A stretch of 32,000 nt of DNA from Cylindrospermopsis raciborskii Cr2010 (GTDB lineage: Bacteria; Cyanobacteriota; Cyanobacteriia; Cyanobacteriales; Nostocaceae). A program made the position numbers and the translations under genes. Positions 18,841 to 28,368 of the stretch are shown one piece after another. Location of the stretch: contig NZ_CP065936.1 in the NCBI RefSeq assembly GCF_003367075.2, forward strand, positions 3,450,001 to 3,482,000. Direction: 5' to 3'. The stretch's first letter is position 1. Each line of letters starts with the position of its first letter. A model generated the notes under the pieces. That model was not told the origin of the DNA. It ran no database searches and saw only the letters and a program-made list of their open reading frames with translations.

Positions 18841-20103
18841 ATGAACCATACTGCTGATTCAGGTGCAAATTTGAGAAATTATGCTGTAGTTACCCTAGCT
18901 TATTGGGGTTTTACCATTACAGATGGCGCATTGAGAATGCTAGTTTTGTTGTACTTTAATCAAATTGGTTATACACCCTTACAAATTGCCTTTTTATTTC
19001 TGTTTTATGAGATATTTGGCATCGTTACTAATTTTTTAGGTGGATGGGTGGGATCCCAATTAGGTCTGAAAGTTACTCTTTATAGTGGTATAGGTTTACA
19101 AGTTTTTTCTTTGTTCATGTTGTCTTGGTTAAATACAGATTGGGTGCAGTGGTTAGCAGTTCTTTATGTGATGGTAGCCCAGGCGTTTTCTGGCATTGCT
19201 AAGGATTTAACTAAGATGAGCTCCAAAAGTGCTATTCGTTTAGTGGTTCCTCAAGATGCTCAATCTTCCCTATTCAAATGGGTGGCAATTTTAACCGGTT
19301 CTAAAAATGCCTTAAAAGGAATTGGTTTTTTTGTTGGTAGTGCTTTGTTATCATTATTTGGCTTTGTCAATGCTCTCTTAATTATGGCAGGCGCGCTATT
19401 TTTGATTATGTTCACAGGATTATTATTACCCAAAGGAATGGGGAAAATTAAAAAGAAAGTTAAATTCAGTCAGCTATTTTCTAAAAGTGAAGAGATCAAC
19501 ATTTTATCCGCAGCTAGATTCTTTTTGTTTGGCTCCCGTGATGTTTGGTTTGTAGTTGGTTTACCAGTGTTTTTACGTGAAGTTTTGGGTTGGTCTTTTT
19601 ATCAAGTAGGGGGATTTTTAGCAACCTGGGTGATTGGCTATGGAATTGTACAATTTTTTGCTCCCAATTTAATGAAGAAATTTGGTTCTGGTCGGGCACC
19701 AACAGCCAAAAATATTCAATTTTGGACATTTGCCTTAACAGCTGTTCCTTGTGTCATAGCACTAGCTCTTCAAAGCGGGTTGCCTGCTAATATAGTTATG
19801 ATTAGTGGACTAATGTTGTTTGGTGTGGTATTCGCCTTTAATTCTGCGGTTCACTCCTACTTAGTTTTGGCATTTACCGATGATGATAAAGTAGCTTTAA
19901 ACGTTGGTTTTTATTACATGGCCAATTCCGGTGGTCGTCTAGCGGGAACAGTATTATCCGGATTAGTCTATCAGTTATTTGGGTTAGTGGGTTGTTTGTG
20001 GACATCAATGATTTTTGTGTTGGGAGCTGGTTTAGTTTCCTTAAAGTTACCAAATCCCAATCCGAGTAAGGATATTGTGTGGAAGGGAGGAGAGGGGGAC
20101 TGA
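18841..20103 (+). CDS. arsJ: ArsJ-type MFS organoarsenical efflux permease
   Basis: Polytopic MFS protein. The N-terminus LRNYAVVTLAYWGFTITDGALRMLVLLYFNQIGYTPLQIAFLFLFYEIFGIVTN matches the ArsJ family signature as I recall it. It lies immediately downstream of gap (14-nt spacer), the diagnostic gapdh-arsJ synteny. ATG at 18841 preferred over the TTG at 18814. Confidence 0.85.
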   Translation: MNHTADSGANLRNYAVVTLAYWGFTITDGALRMLVLLYFNQIGYTPLQIAFLFLFYEIFGIVTNFLGGWVGSQLGLKVTLYSGIGLQVFSLFMLSWLNTDWVQWLAVLYVMVAQAFSGIAKDLTKMSSKSAIRLVVPQDAQSSLFKWVAILTGSKNALKGIGFFVGSALLSLFGFVNALLIMAGALFLIMFTGLLLPKGMGKIKKKVKFSQLFSKSEEINILSAARFFLFGSRDVWFVVGLPVFLREVLGWSFYQVGGFLATWVIGYGIVQFFAPNLMKKFGSGRAPTAKNIQFWTFALTAVPCVIALALQSGLPANIVMISGLMLFGVVFAFNSAVHSYLVLAFTDDDKVALNVGFYYMANSGGRLAGTVLSGLVYQLFGLVGCLWTSMIFVLGAGLVSLKLPNPNPSKDIVWKGGEGD

Positions 20104-20139
20104 ATGTTAAGTACCCACCCACCCTTAGGTTGGATAAAT

Positions 20140-21420
20140 TTAATTGTTGCTGATTCTTGCCAGGGCCCTTTCTACGCACTGTAATGCCTGATTGATATCA
20201 GTATCTGTAACAATTAGGGGAGGTACAAACCGAACTACATTGGGACCTGCTGGTACCAGCAACAACCCCTCTTCCATAGCAGCTCTGACTACATCCGATG
20301 CGGTTAAGGGACTATCTTCCCTAATTTCCATACCATTAATTAGTCCCCAACCGCGTACCTGGGAAATATGGCGAGGATATTTACGGACAATCATTTTTAG
20401 TCCTTCCCGTAAATGGGCTCCCTGCTCCTGAACATTCTCTAAAATATTTTCCCTTTCCAAGGTCTGGCACACTGTCAAAGCTACACCGCAAGCAAAAGGA
20501 TTGCCACCAAATGTGCTCGCATGTTCCCCGGGTTCAAAAATGTCACAGAACTTTTTGCTCATCATGGCCCCAATGGGAATACCTCCACCTAACCCCTTGG
20601 CACTGGTGAAAATATCCGGTTCCACACCTAAATGTTCGTAACCCCATAATTTACCACTGCGTCCCATTCCTACTTGGACTTCATCGAAAATTAATAAAAT
20701 GCCAGTTTCATCACAAATTTCCCGTAAGCGTTGGAAATACTGCTTGTCACCAGGACGAACTCCTCCCTCCCCTTGTAATGGCTCAATTAAAATTGCACAA
20801 ACTCGATAGTTACCTTCATCTAACTCACTCACTGCTGCTTCTACTTCTTTGATATCATTGTAGTTAATATAATGGAACCCAGGAACTAGGGGATCAAAGT
20901 TTTTCTGATATTTGGGTTGTCCGGTAGCTGTGACGGTGGCTAGGGTTCGACCATGAAAACTAGCATGAGCAGTTAAAATAATGGGGTGGGCAATGTCTAG
21001 AACTTTGTGAGCATATTTCCGGGCAAGTTTAATCGCCGCTTCATTAGCTTCCGCTCCAGAATTGCAGAAAAACACCCGGTCAGCACAGGAGTTTTCTACT
21101 ATCCATTTAGCCAGTGCCCCCTGTTCTGGAATATAGTAGAGATTGGAAACATGATGTAGCTTTTGAATCTGGTAGGTTACCGCTTCTACCATAGCCGGGT
21201 GGGCGTGTCCTAAAGTACAAGTAGCTATACCAGCAACAAAGTCAAGATATTCTTTACCCTGGGTATCCCAAACCCTACAACCAGCACCCCTTTCCAGAGC
21301 GATGGGAAAACGTCCGTAGGTGGACATCACTACTTGGTTAAAATTATCCACACTAAATACATTCATACCTGATATATTTGAGGGGATTATTGGCTGTTCA
21401 ACTAAACTTTGGATACTCAC
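20140..21420 (-). CDS. argD: acetylornithine aminotransferase (class III PLP aminotransferase)
   Basis: VMSTYGRFPIALERGAGCRVWDTQGKEYLDFVAGIATCTLGH and the PLP-lysine region FTSAKGLGGGIPIGA. GTG start at 21420 preceded by GGAGG. An alternative ATG lies at 21366. Confidence 0.88.
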   Translation of the reverse strand: MSIQSLVEQPIIPSNISGMNVFSVDNFNQVVMSTYGRFPIALERGAGCRVWDTQGKEYLDFVAGIATCTLGHAHPAMVEAVTYQIQKLHHVSNLYYIPEQGALAKWIVENSCADRVFFCNSGAEANEAAIKLARKYAHKVLDIAHPIILTAHASFHGRTLATVTATGQPKYQKNFDPLVPGFHYINYNDIKEVEAAVSELDEGNYRVCAILIEPLQGEGGVRPGDKQYFQRLREICDETGILLIFDEVQVGMGRSGKLWGYEHLGVEPDIFTSAKGLGGGIPIGAMMSKKFCDIFEPGEHASTFGGNPFACGVALTVCQTLERENILENVQEQGAHLREGLKMIVRKYPRHISQVRGWGLINGMEIREDSPLTASDVVRAAMEEGLLLVPAGPNVVRFVPPLIVTDTDINQALQCVERALARISNN

Positions 21421-21587
21421 TACCGCACCTCCAATAAATTTTTAGTCCTAAATACTTTGCCAGTTTTTCCGGAAGATTTCAAAATTATCCATTATCCTCT
21501 ATATTATTGTAAAGGGTCGATAAAAGTTTCATTAACTTTTAAATTTTTAGTTTTTCTGACATTTTGGTCTTTAATTTCTGATTAACT

Positions 21588-22649
21588 GTGTACTCCACAC
21601 TGGAAGATAAATATAAACAGATTCAGCAAGAGCTAATGGTTGGTGCTTTAGCTCTGGTTCTGGTGTTTTTTGTTGGTACTTGTTGGTATTGTTTAGTGGA
21701 AGGGTGGTCGTGGGAGGATGCTGCTTATATGACCGTAATTACCTTGGCCACTGTGGGATATGGAGAAACCAATCCTTTAGGTAGTCGGGGGCGTTTATTT
21801 ACTATTGCCTTGATATTAATGGGTATAATTAATATTGGTTACATAGTTAATAGGTTTACACAGGCAATAATTGAAGGTTACTTTCAACAAGGCATTAAAG
21901 TTCGACAACGGAGGCGTTTAATGGAATCACTAGTAGATCACTACATTATCTGTGGTTTTAGTCGTACAGGTAGACAAATTGCTAAAGAATTTCAGGCCGA
22001 GTCCGTGTCCTTTGTGGTAGTTGATTCTGATATGGAATCCGTACAGCAGGCGGAGTCCCAGGGTTATATGGTCTATCAAGGTGATGCTACCCTGGATGAT
22101 ACCTTGTCGAAGGTGGGTATACAACGTGCTGTTTGTATTGTGGCAGCCTTACCCTCTGATGCTGAAAATTTATATACCGTATTATCAGCAAAAACCCTCA
22201 ACCCTCAAATTAGGGCGATCGCCCGAGCGAGTACGGAGGAGTCTTTACAAAAACTACAGCGTGGGGGAGCTGACACGGTAATTTCACCATACATCACTGG
22301 GGGTAAAAGAATGGCAGCAGCGGCGTTAAGACCCCAGGTACTAGATTTTGTTGATGGTATACTTTCGGGGACGGATAGACAGTTATACATGGAAGAATTT
22401 TTACTGGACGGTGATTGTCCATTCCTGGGACAGACTCTACAAAAGGCAAAATTGCGATCGCAAACTGGTGCTCTAGTATTAGCAATTCGGCGGAGTGATG
22501 GAAACTTGATTGGGGGACCGACGGGGGATACAATATTAATATCCGGAGATACCCTGATTTGTATGGGTACGGCGGAACAATTACGGGGTTTAAACCAAGT
22601 TTTAGCTCCGATGAATTCCCGACAGTTAAGACGTCCAAAACATATTTAG
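21588..22649 (+). CDS. two-TM potassium channel with cytoplasmic RCK (TrkA-N + TrkA-C) domains (MthK-like)
   Basis: Selectivity filter TLATVGYGET between two hydrophobic helices, then an IICGFSRTGRQIA Rossmann-type RCK domain and a C-terminal TrkA-C-like region. GTG start. Confidence 0.8.
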   Translation: MYSTLEDKYKQIQQELMVGALALVLVFFVGTCWYCLVEGWSWEDAAYMTVITLATVGYGETNPLGSRGRLFTIALILMGIINIGYIVNRFTQAIIEGYFQQGIKVRQRRRLMESLVDHYIICGFSRTGRQIAKEFQAESVSFVVVDSDMESVQQAESQGYMVYQGDATLDDTLSKVGIQRAVCIVAALPSDAENLYTVLSAKTLNPQIRAIARASTEESLQKLQRGGADTVISPYITGGKRMAAAALRPQVLDFVDGILSGTDRQLYMEEFLLDGDCPFLGQTLQKAKLRSQTGALVLAIRRSDGNLIGGPTGDTILISGDTLICMGTAEQLRGLNQVLAPMNSRQLRRPKHI

Positions 22650-22655
22650 GGGTAT

Positions 22656-23231
22656 TTAGAGGTGAGGTAGTTCATTATCAACTTCCATCCAACCATGTAA
22701 GGGAGCAATAGATTTAATGGCCGATAGGATTACTTCTGGTGGCGCACTAGAAAGTAAAACGCTGGGATAAACAGCGGTACCCCACTGGGGATGAACTAAG
22801 ACACAGCATTTATTTTTAATTACGGGATAATTTAGCAATGCTTTAGCAACTGCAGTGTCATCATGGGGAATCAGACCCGGATGGGAAAGTAAGGGATAAC
22901 CCGTGCGGGGATCAATTAAATCGGTAGTATAACCTTGATCTCGTAAATTGAAAGCCACGTCACAACCGAACCTGATAAACTTTTCCCGCAATTTTTCTTT
23001 TTCTGTTTCTATTTCCCCAGTCATTTCTACCAGTGGATATTTTGATTGTTGTAATACAACAATCACCCATAAGAATTGTTGTTGTTTCCAATCTGGCAAT
23101 ATCTGTTCGCAGTTGGCACAGATATATTGACTGGGGTTATGAATGGAAATGTACACAGCTTGTCCTGTTTTGCCAACTAAATTAATAGGATAGCTGGGAT
23201 CGGAAGTGCGAACACTTAGAGAGTTGACCAC
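22656..23231 (-). CDS. MMADHC (cblD)-like protein
   Basis: EIETEKEKLREKFIRFGCDVAFNLRDQGYTTDLIDPRTGYPLLS and NKCCVLVHPQWGTAVYPSVLLSSAPPE line up with the human MMADHC C-terminal domain as I remember it ([42 protein letters not shown] and [28 protein letters not shown]). GTG start. Confidence 0.7.
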   Translation of the reverse strand: MVNSLSVRTSDPSYPINLVGKTGQAVYISIHNPSQYICANCEQILPDWKQQQFLWVIVVLQQSKYPLVEMTGEIETEKEKLREKFIRFGCDVAFNLRDQGYTTDLIDPRTGYPLLSHPGLIPHDDTAVAKALLNYPVIKNKCCVLVHPQWGTAVYPSVLLSSAPPEVILSAIKSIAPLHGWMEVDNELPHL

Positions 23232-23351
23232 ATTTAATCAGTTTTTGCAATTTTGTTTTTTAATTGTCTATGATCATAACTCTGAAGACTGCTCAAAAAT
23301 CAACCTTCCCATAATCATCATCAAGTTCAGGCAAAACTATCTCAACTGCAC

Positions 23352-23558
23352 CTAATTCAGTTTTAAAGCATTAACTGGTACTTCGTCCCAGGTTTCTACC
23401 GTGCGTAACTTTGCTATCCAACCAGCAGCTTTTTGTCCTTCCGTTAAGCTATGGCTAAAGGAGTTATGACATTCTTTAGCCTGGTCTTCATCACAACAAG
23501 CTATACAAGCATGAATCATCCCCGAGGGATCGATCTGCTCATTCACCCAAATTTTCAT
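23352..23558 (-). CDS. small hypothetical protein (68 aa, Cys-containing)
   Basis: The only ORF in the 420-bp gap between the MMADHC-like gene and devA-like. Same strand as the dev genes and 96 nt downstream of the devA-like stop. Contains CIACC...C. No family recognised. Confidence 0.4.
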   Translation of the reverse strand: MKIWVNEQIDPSGMIHACIACCDEDQAKECHNSFSHSLTEGQKAAGWIAKLRTVETWDEVPVNALKLN

Positions 23559-23654
23559 AAATACCTCCCCTATTTATTGATGAAATTTTTTTAAGCCCTA
23601 CACTATATATGGTACAGCAGTTTGTTGGTAATGGATATATACTTTATCTCCTCA

Positions 23655-24359
23655 TCAACGCAGTTGACCATCTTCCATATAAATGATTCGATCTGCTATA
23701 TCTAAAATCCGATTGTCATGGGTAACTAGTAAAATCGTGCAACCCTGTTCTTTAGCCAACTTTTGCATTAGTTCCACCACATCCCTTCCTGATTGTTTAT
23801 CTAAGGAAGCAGTTGGTTCATCCGCTAGTACTATTTTGGGATGACTGACTAATGCACGAGCGATCGCAACTCTTTGCTTTTGTCCTCCTGATAAACTTTC
23901 TGGATAGTAGTTGACTCGATCGCCTAGTCCAACTTGCTCTAACATTGCTATGGCTTTAGTATTAATGTCTTGATTTAAATACTCAGGGTGCAGTTCTAAG
24001 GACATTTTTACATTCTCTTTTGCAGTTAAAAAGCTCATTAAATTATGAGCCTGGAAAATGTAGCCTATTTGTCTGCGCATTTTGGTTAAGACTCTCTTAC
24101 TAGCACCACAAACCTCTTGGTTGAGTATTTGCAATCTGCCTTCTTGTGCAGAACGTAAACCACCCATTAAGGATAAGAGAGTGGTTTTACCTGAACCAGA
24201 AGGACCTGTCATAATTACAATCTCTCCAGATTTAATCTGTAAATTAATATCAAATAGAACTTGTTTTTTTAAACCACCTTCACCAAAATAATGATTGAGT
24301 TGAGAAACTTCAATTACTGTCTGAGTTGCTATTTTTGCATCGTAGCTAATTCCTAACAT
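23655..24359 (-). CDS. DevA-family ABC exporter ATP-binding protein
   Basis: Walker A GPSGSGKTT, signature LSGGQKQR, Walker B IVLADEPT. MacB/LolD-like ATPase located downstream of a DevC-like permease. Confidence 0.85.
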   Translation of the reverse strand: MLGISYDAKIATQTVIEVSQLNHYFGEGGLKKQVLFDINLQIKSGEIVIMTGPSGSGKTTLLSLMGGLRSAQEGRLQILNQEVCGASKRVLTKMRRQIGYIFQAHNLMSFLTAKENVKMSLELHPEYLNQDINTKAIAMLEQVGLGDRVNYYPESLSGGQKQRVAIARALVSHPKIVLADEPTASLDKQSGRDVVELMQKLAKEQGCTILLVTHDNRILDIADRIIYMEDGQLR

Positions 24360-24384
24360 GACATTCTCCTTGTTTAAGAAATAT

Positions 24385-25566
24385 CTAAAAAATATCCGCC
24401 GGGTCAGCAGAACGAAGTTTCCCTAGGGCGATCGCTCCAGAAATACTACACATAATTACCGTTAAAATAAACACATTAATTGCCCGTTCAGCTTTCATAG
24501 TAATGGGTAACATGGTAGCGACAAAAGTTAATTGATATAATCCCAAAGAGAGGAATAATGAAGGTAAATAACCCAGAATAGCCAAAAATAAGGATTCCTG
24601 TATCAAAACTCCTAAAAGATACCAATCAGTGTAACCCATAGCCTTGAGGGTGGCATATTCGGGAAGATGGTCAGAAACGTCAGAATAAAGAATCTGATAG
24701 ACAATGACAATACCAACAATAAAACCCACCCCTACACCCAAACCAAAAATGAAACCAATCCCTGTGCTAGTGGCCCAGTAATTCTTTTCTTTTTGGGCAA
24801 AATCCTCTGTTGTGCCCACTTCCACAAATGGGCTATTAGGATCGGGGTTCAACCCAATTTTCAGTTGTGCTTTTAATTTCTGGATATCTGTACCGGGTTT
24901 TAAATTAATTAGTCCCACTTCGATTTGATCGGGTTTGCGTTGGGGAAATAATCGTAAAAATGTGGAGTCACTAGCCACCACATTGCCATCAGCTGCAAAG
25001 GAAGCACCATTACTAAATAAACCCCTCACGCTGACCAAATTATTATTCAGTTCCGTTTGGAAGTTGCCGGTTTTTCGAAATATTTTACCAACCTCACCAT
25101 ATTCGGGACGACCAGCTTGGTCAAACATAATATGATTGAGTGATTTGAGAGTATCTTTATTTTTTTCTACTTCGGGAAATCTCAATCCAGGTTGATAGGG
25201 ATCAACTCCCCAAACCAAAATTGGTCGATCAATTCGTGTTTGAGGATTGCGCCATTGTGCCGTACCAATGTAAATGGAATTAACCGATGCTACCCCATCA
25301 TACCCTAGTGCTTGATATAGTTTATCTCTAGAAAAACTTTTCGTGGAAAACAAGCTATTAAATTGAGGATTAATTAACACTAAATCTCCCAGCAATTTGC
25401 GATGGGGTTGAATTGCTGCATCAAATAAAGCACTTTCAAATCCCATCTGGATAAAGATCAACATATCAGCAAAAGTAATACCCGCCACAGCAACTGCCAA
25501 TCGAGTCCTTTCTTTCATGAGCTGTCGCCACGCCAAAGGGGTTTTAAGAAAAAGTTTTGATATCAT
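24385..25566 (-). CDS. DevC-family ABC exporter permease (FtsX-like)
   Basis: One N-terminal TM segment, a large periplasmic domain and three C-terminal TM segments. It sits between the DevB-like and DevA-like genes. Confidence 0.8.
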   Translation of the reverse strand: MISKLFLKTPLAWRQLMKERTRLAVAVAGITFADMLIFIQMGFESALFDAAIQPHRKLLGDLVLINPQFNSLFSTKSFSRDKLYQALGYDGVASVNSIYIGTAQWRNPQTRIDRPILVWGVDPYQPGLRFPEVEKNKDTLKSLNHIMFDQAGRPEYGEVGKIFRKTGNFQTELNNNLVSVRGLFSNGASFAADGNVVASDSTFLRLFPQRKPDQIEVGLINLKPGTDIQKLKAQLKIGLNPDPNSPFVEVGTTEDFAQKEKNYWATSTGIGFIFGLGVGVGFIVGIVIVYQILYSDVSDHLPEYATLKAMGYTDWYLLGVLIQESLFLAILGYLPSLFLSLGLYQLTFVATMLPITMKAERAINVFILTVIMCSISGAIALGKLRSADPADIF

Positions 25567-25629
25567 GGACCCTACCAGGATTTAATACAGGGATTTAAAT
25601 AATAGAGGTAAATCGATCAGTAAATTAAA

Positions 25630-26889
25630 TTACAATTCAATTGCCGTTTGCACTTGTAAATTAGTTAGTCCAGCAACCTTTTTGCTATCCTCGGGAGTGA
25701 GTCGAATTTTCACCTCAACCACTCGACTGTCTAGATTTTCACCTGGTTGATTACTAAATACATTTTGACGGTTGACCTGTAAACCAATTTGAATTACATT
25801 ACCTTCCAATTTCTCTGATAATGTAGGACTCATAATCCTGGCTTTCTGCCCAATCTTGACTCGATTAATATCAGTTTGGTAAACTTCTGCTACCACTGAC
25901 ATTTTTTCCGTTTGGGCAAAATCCGCAATACCTGATGCGGTAATTTTCTCACCCGCACGAGTATGAATTTTCAGAATTCTACCACTCATAGGGGCACGAA
26001 TAAAAGCTGATTCCAGGTCGGTCTTAGCACTGTTAAGAACTGAAACAGCACTTTCAAGTTCTGTTTTGGCTAAATTCACATCTACAGAACGAACGTCAGC
26101 AATGCTATTTAGTGTTTCCTCAGCTGCCCTAATTTGTTTCGCACTAGTGCTACTAATTCTATTCAGTTGTACCCTAGCTTCCGCCAGTTGTTTACTAGCG
26201 GTGGTATTAATCCGTTCCAAAATCGCCCTAGCTTCGGTTAATTTTTGTTCGCTGGTCTCCACATTTAACCGTTTACTGTCAATTAAAGAATTAGAAACTG
26301 CTCCTTGGGAATATAACTGTTGATAACGTTGATATTCCGATTTAGCATTTTTCAGTTCCGCAGCCAATTGTCGAATATTTGCTTCCTGAGCAGTTCTATC
26401 ACCTTGCCATTGGGCTTCTATCCTAGCAATAGTTTGTATGTAAGCATTCTTGTTGCCTTCATACTCTGCCTTTAACTTTTCTACATTCGCTTTTTGTGAC
26501 TGAATCTCTCCCGGTTTAGCACCTGATTGAATTTGCTTCAATTTAGCTTGAGCAACTTTTACTTGTTTTTGCGCCCTTTCAACGGCACTTTGTAATTTAT
26601 CCTGGGAATCTAATATGGCAATTACCTGACCTGCTTTGACCCCATCGCCCTCTTGAAGGAGGATTTTTTTCACCCTGTCCCCATCTAGTGCTAGGGGTGC
26701 AGACAATTTAATCACTGGTGTTTCCGGTTCCAATCTCCCCAATGCTGTTACCAAAGTGGGAGTGGGCAAAGTTTCCTCCACTTCCCCACTCGTAGCACTA
26801 CTGGCGTTGGTAGAATGATTGAAAGTATAGGTAGCAACTCCTCCACTGACGGTGGCTACTGCTAAAACCAACAGAATTAGTCTTTTCAA
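25630..26889 (-). CDS. DevB-family membrane fusion protein (HlyD-like)
   Basis: N-terminal anchor, lipoyl-like segments (GDGVKAGQVIAILD and APMSGRILKI) and a long coiled-coil hairpin. It is the first gene of the devBCA-type operon. Confidence 0.8.
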   Translation of the reverse strand: MKRLILLVLAVATVSGGVATYTFNHSTNASSATSGEVEETLPTPTLVTALGRLEPETPVIKLSAPLALDGDRVKKILLQEGDGVKAGQVIAILDSQDKLQSAVERAQKQVKVAQAKLKQIQSGAKPGEIQSQKANVEKLKAEYEGNKNAYIQTIARIEAQWQGDRTAQEANIRQLAAELKNAKSEYQRYQQLYSQGAVSNSLIDSKRLNVETSEQKLTEARAILERINTTASKQLAEARVQLNRISSTSAKQIRAAEETLNSIADVRSVDVNLAKTELESAVSVLNSAKTDLESAFIRAPMSGRILKIHTRAGEKITASGIADFAQTEKMSVVAEVYQTDINRVKIGQKARIMSPTLSEKLEGNVIQIGLQVNRQNVFSNQPGENLDSRVVEVKIRLTPEDSKKVAGLTNLQVQTAIEL

Positions 26890-27062
26890 AAACCCCCCTA
26901 GGTAAAGTTACTGTAAATCTAAATCGTTACTATCTTAACAGATTTTCTAAAAATTTATCAAAAATTTACATTATCTGGTGGATGTTAGCTGGACATGGGA
27001 ACAAAATCCAGCCAAAAATATCTACATTAGTAGTAACGGCCTATATTTTTTGAGATCGGAAA

Positions 27063-28298
27063 ATGTCTAAGGGAAAACAACAAGCAGATAATACTTTAAC
27101 TATAAACAGCAATAATTCACCCCGGAAATATTGGAAACAAGGGTTGACCTCCCTATCCCTAATATTATTAGGTTCGGGGATTACTGTTACAGGTGGTTAT
27201 CTAACAAATAATCAGGAAGCTTTGACCAAGAGTGCATCTAAGCTTGGGGTGGAGAGTGTTCATGCTGCACCACTACCAGGAAATACGGACAGTAATTTTG
27301 TGACTGAGGTGGTTCGGAAGGTTGGTCCCTCCGTAGTCAGAATTAACTCTTCTCGCACGGTGAGAACTCAAGCACCAGACGAATTTGAGGATCTACGACG
27401 CTTTTTCGGTTCCAGAATACCACGCAGGGAAAACAGGGTAGAACGGGGCGCTGGTTCAGGTTTTATCATTAGTAATGATGGTCGTATTCTCACTAATGCT
27501 CATGTGGTAGAGGGTGCAGATAGGGTAACTGTCACCCTCAAAGATGGAAGAACCTTTGAAGGTAGGGTATTAGGAGCAGACCAACTCACGGATGTGGCGG
27601 TGGTGAAGATTGAGGCTAAAAATCTACCAGCAGTTACCCTAGGTAACTCGGAACAGTTACAACCAGGACAATGGGCGATCGCCATTGGTAATCCTTTAGG
27701 ACTAGATAACACGGTAACAACAGGTATTATTAGTGCCACTGGTAGATCCAGTAATCAAGTGGGGGTTCCCGATAAGCGGGTTGAGTTTATTCAAACTGAC
27801 GCTGCAATTAATCCAGGTAATTCCGGTGGTCCGTTGCTAAACGCCCGAGGAGAAGTGATTGGTATAAACACGGCTATTATTCAGGGTGCACAAGGATTAG
27901 GATTTTCAATTCCCATTAATACGGCACAACGTATTTCTAATCAAATAATAACCACAGGTAAAGCTCAACATCCCTATTTAGGAATTCAGATGGTTTCCAT
28001 CACCCCAGATTTAAGACAAAGAATCAATTCCGATCCTAATAGCGGGTTGACCGTGAGTGAAAATCAGGGAGTATTAATCATTAGGGTTGTTCCCAATTCA
28101 CCTGCAGCGAAAGCTGGAATACGCATTGGAGATGTTATTGTTAGGCTAAATGGTGAAGTGATCACCGACAGCTCTGCTGTACAGAAAGCTGTAGAAGTGG
28201 CCCAAGTGGGAGGAAATTTACGTCTGGACTTGCGTCGTAATGGACAAACTATCAATATTGCAGTCAAACCGGGAATTTTTCCCACTGGCATGCAATAG
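27063..28298 (+). CDS. HtrA/DegP-family serine protease with a C-terminal PDZ domain
   Basis: Trypsin-fold motifs ILTNAHVV (His), TDVAVVKI (Asp) and [12 protein letters not shown] (Ser). PDZ region [24 protein letters not shown]-terminal TM anchor. Confidence 0.88.
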   Translation: MSKGKQQADNTLTINSNNSPRKYWKQGLTSLSLILLGSGITVTGGYLTNNQEALTKSASKLGVESVHAAPLPGNTDSNFVTEVVRKVGPSVVRINSSRTVRTQAPDEFEDLRRFFGSRIPRRENRVERGAGSGFIISNDGRILTNAHVVEGADRVTVTLKDGRTFEGRVLGADQLTDVAVVKIEAKNLPAVTLGNSEQLQPGQWAIAIGNPLGLDNTVTTGIISATGRSSNQVGVPDKRVEFIQTDAAINPGNSGGPLLNARGEVIGINTAIIQGAQGLGFSIPINTAQRISNQIITTGKAQHPYLGIQMVSITPDLRQRINSDPNSGLTVSENQGVLIIRVVPNSPAAKAGIRIGDVIVRLNGEVITDSSAVQKAVEVAQVGGNLRLDLRRNGQTINIAVKPGIFPTGMQ

Positions 28299-28304
28299 AT
28301 CAAC

Positions 28305-28338
28305 AAACTACTCTACGGATTTATTTGTGGAGTAGTTT
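28305..28338. terminator. stem-loop between convergent htrA-like and small membrane-protein genes
   Basis: AAACTACTCTAC (28305-28316), a 10-nt loop, then GTGGAGTAGTTT (28327-28338). This gives a 12-bp stem with one G-U pair, starting 7 nt after the htrA-like stop. Only a short T-run is present. Confidence 0.45.
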
Positions 28339-28368
28339 GGTGTAAGGTCTCTTGTTACCCATCCGGCG

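Noticed and set aside
15033-23231. Treating the BchE-like B12 enzyme and the MMADHC-like gene as one B12 system.
   Set aside because: They are 6 kb apart on opposite strands and separated by unrelated transcription units (gap-arsJ, argD, K+ channel). There is no sequence evidence of co-regulation.
407-26323. Many 60-120-aa ORFs antisense to or out of frame within confident genes. Examples: 407-664, 1361-1591, 2420-2704, 4420-5315, 6733-6939, 9493-9736, 11509-11760, 12274-12553, 16878-17240, 19514-20179, 22021-22638, 24082-24291, 24667-25135, 26066-26323.
   Set aside because: Each lies entirely inside a longer ORF with strong family motifs on the other strand or frame. None shows a recognisable motif. 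They are typical spurious six-frame ORFs.
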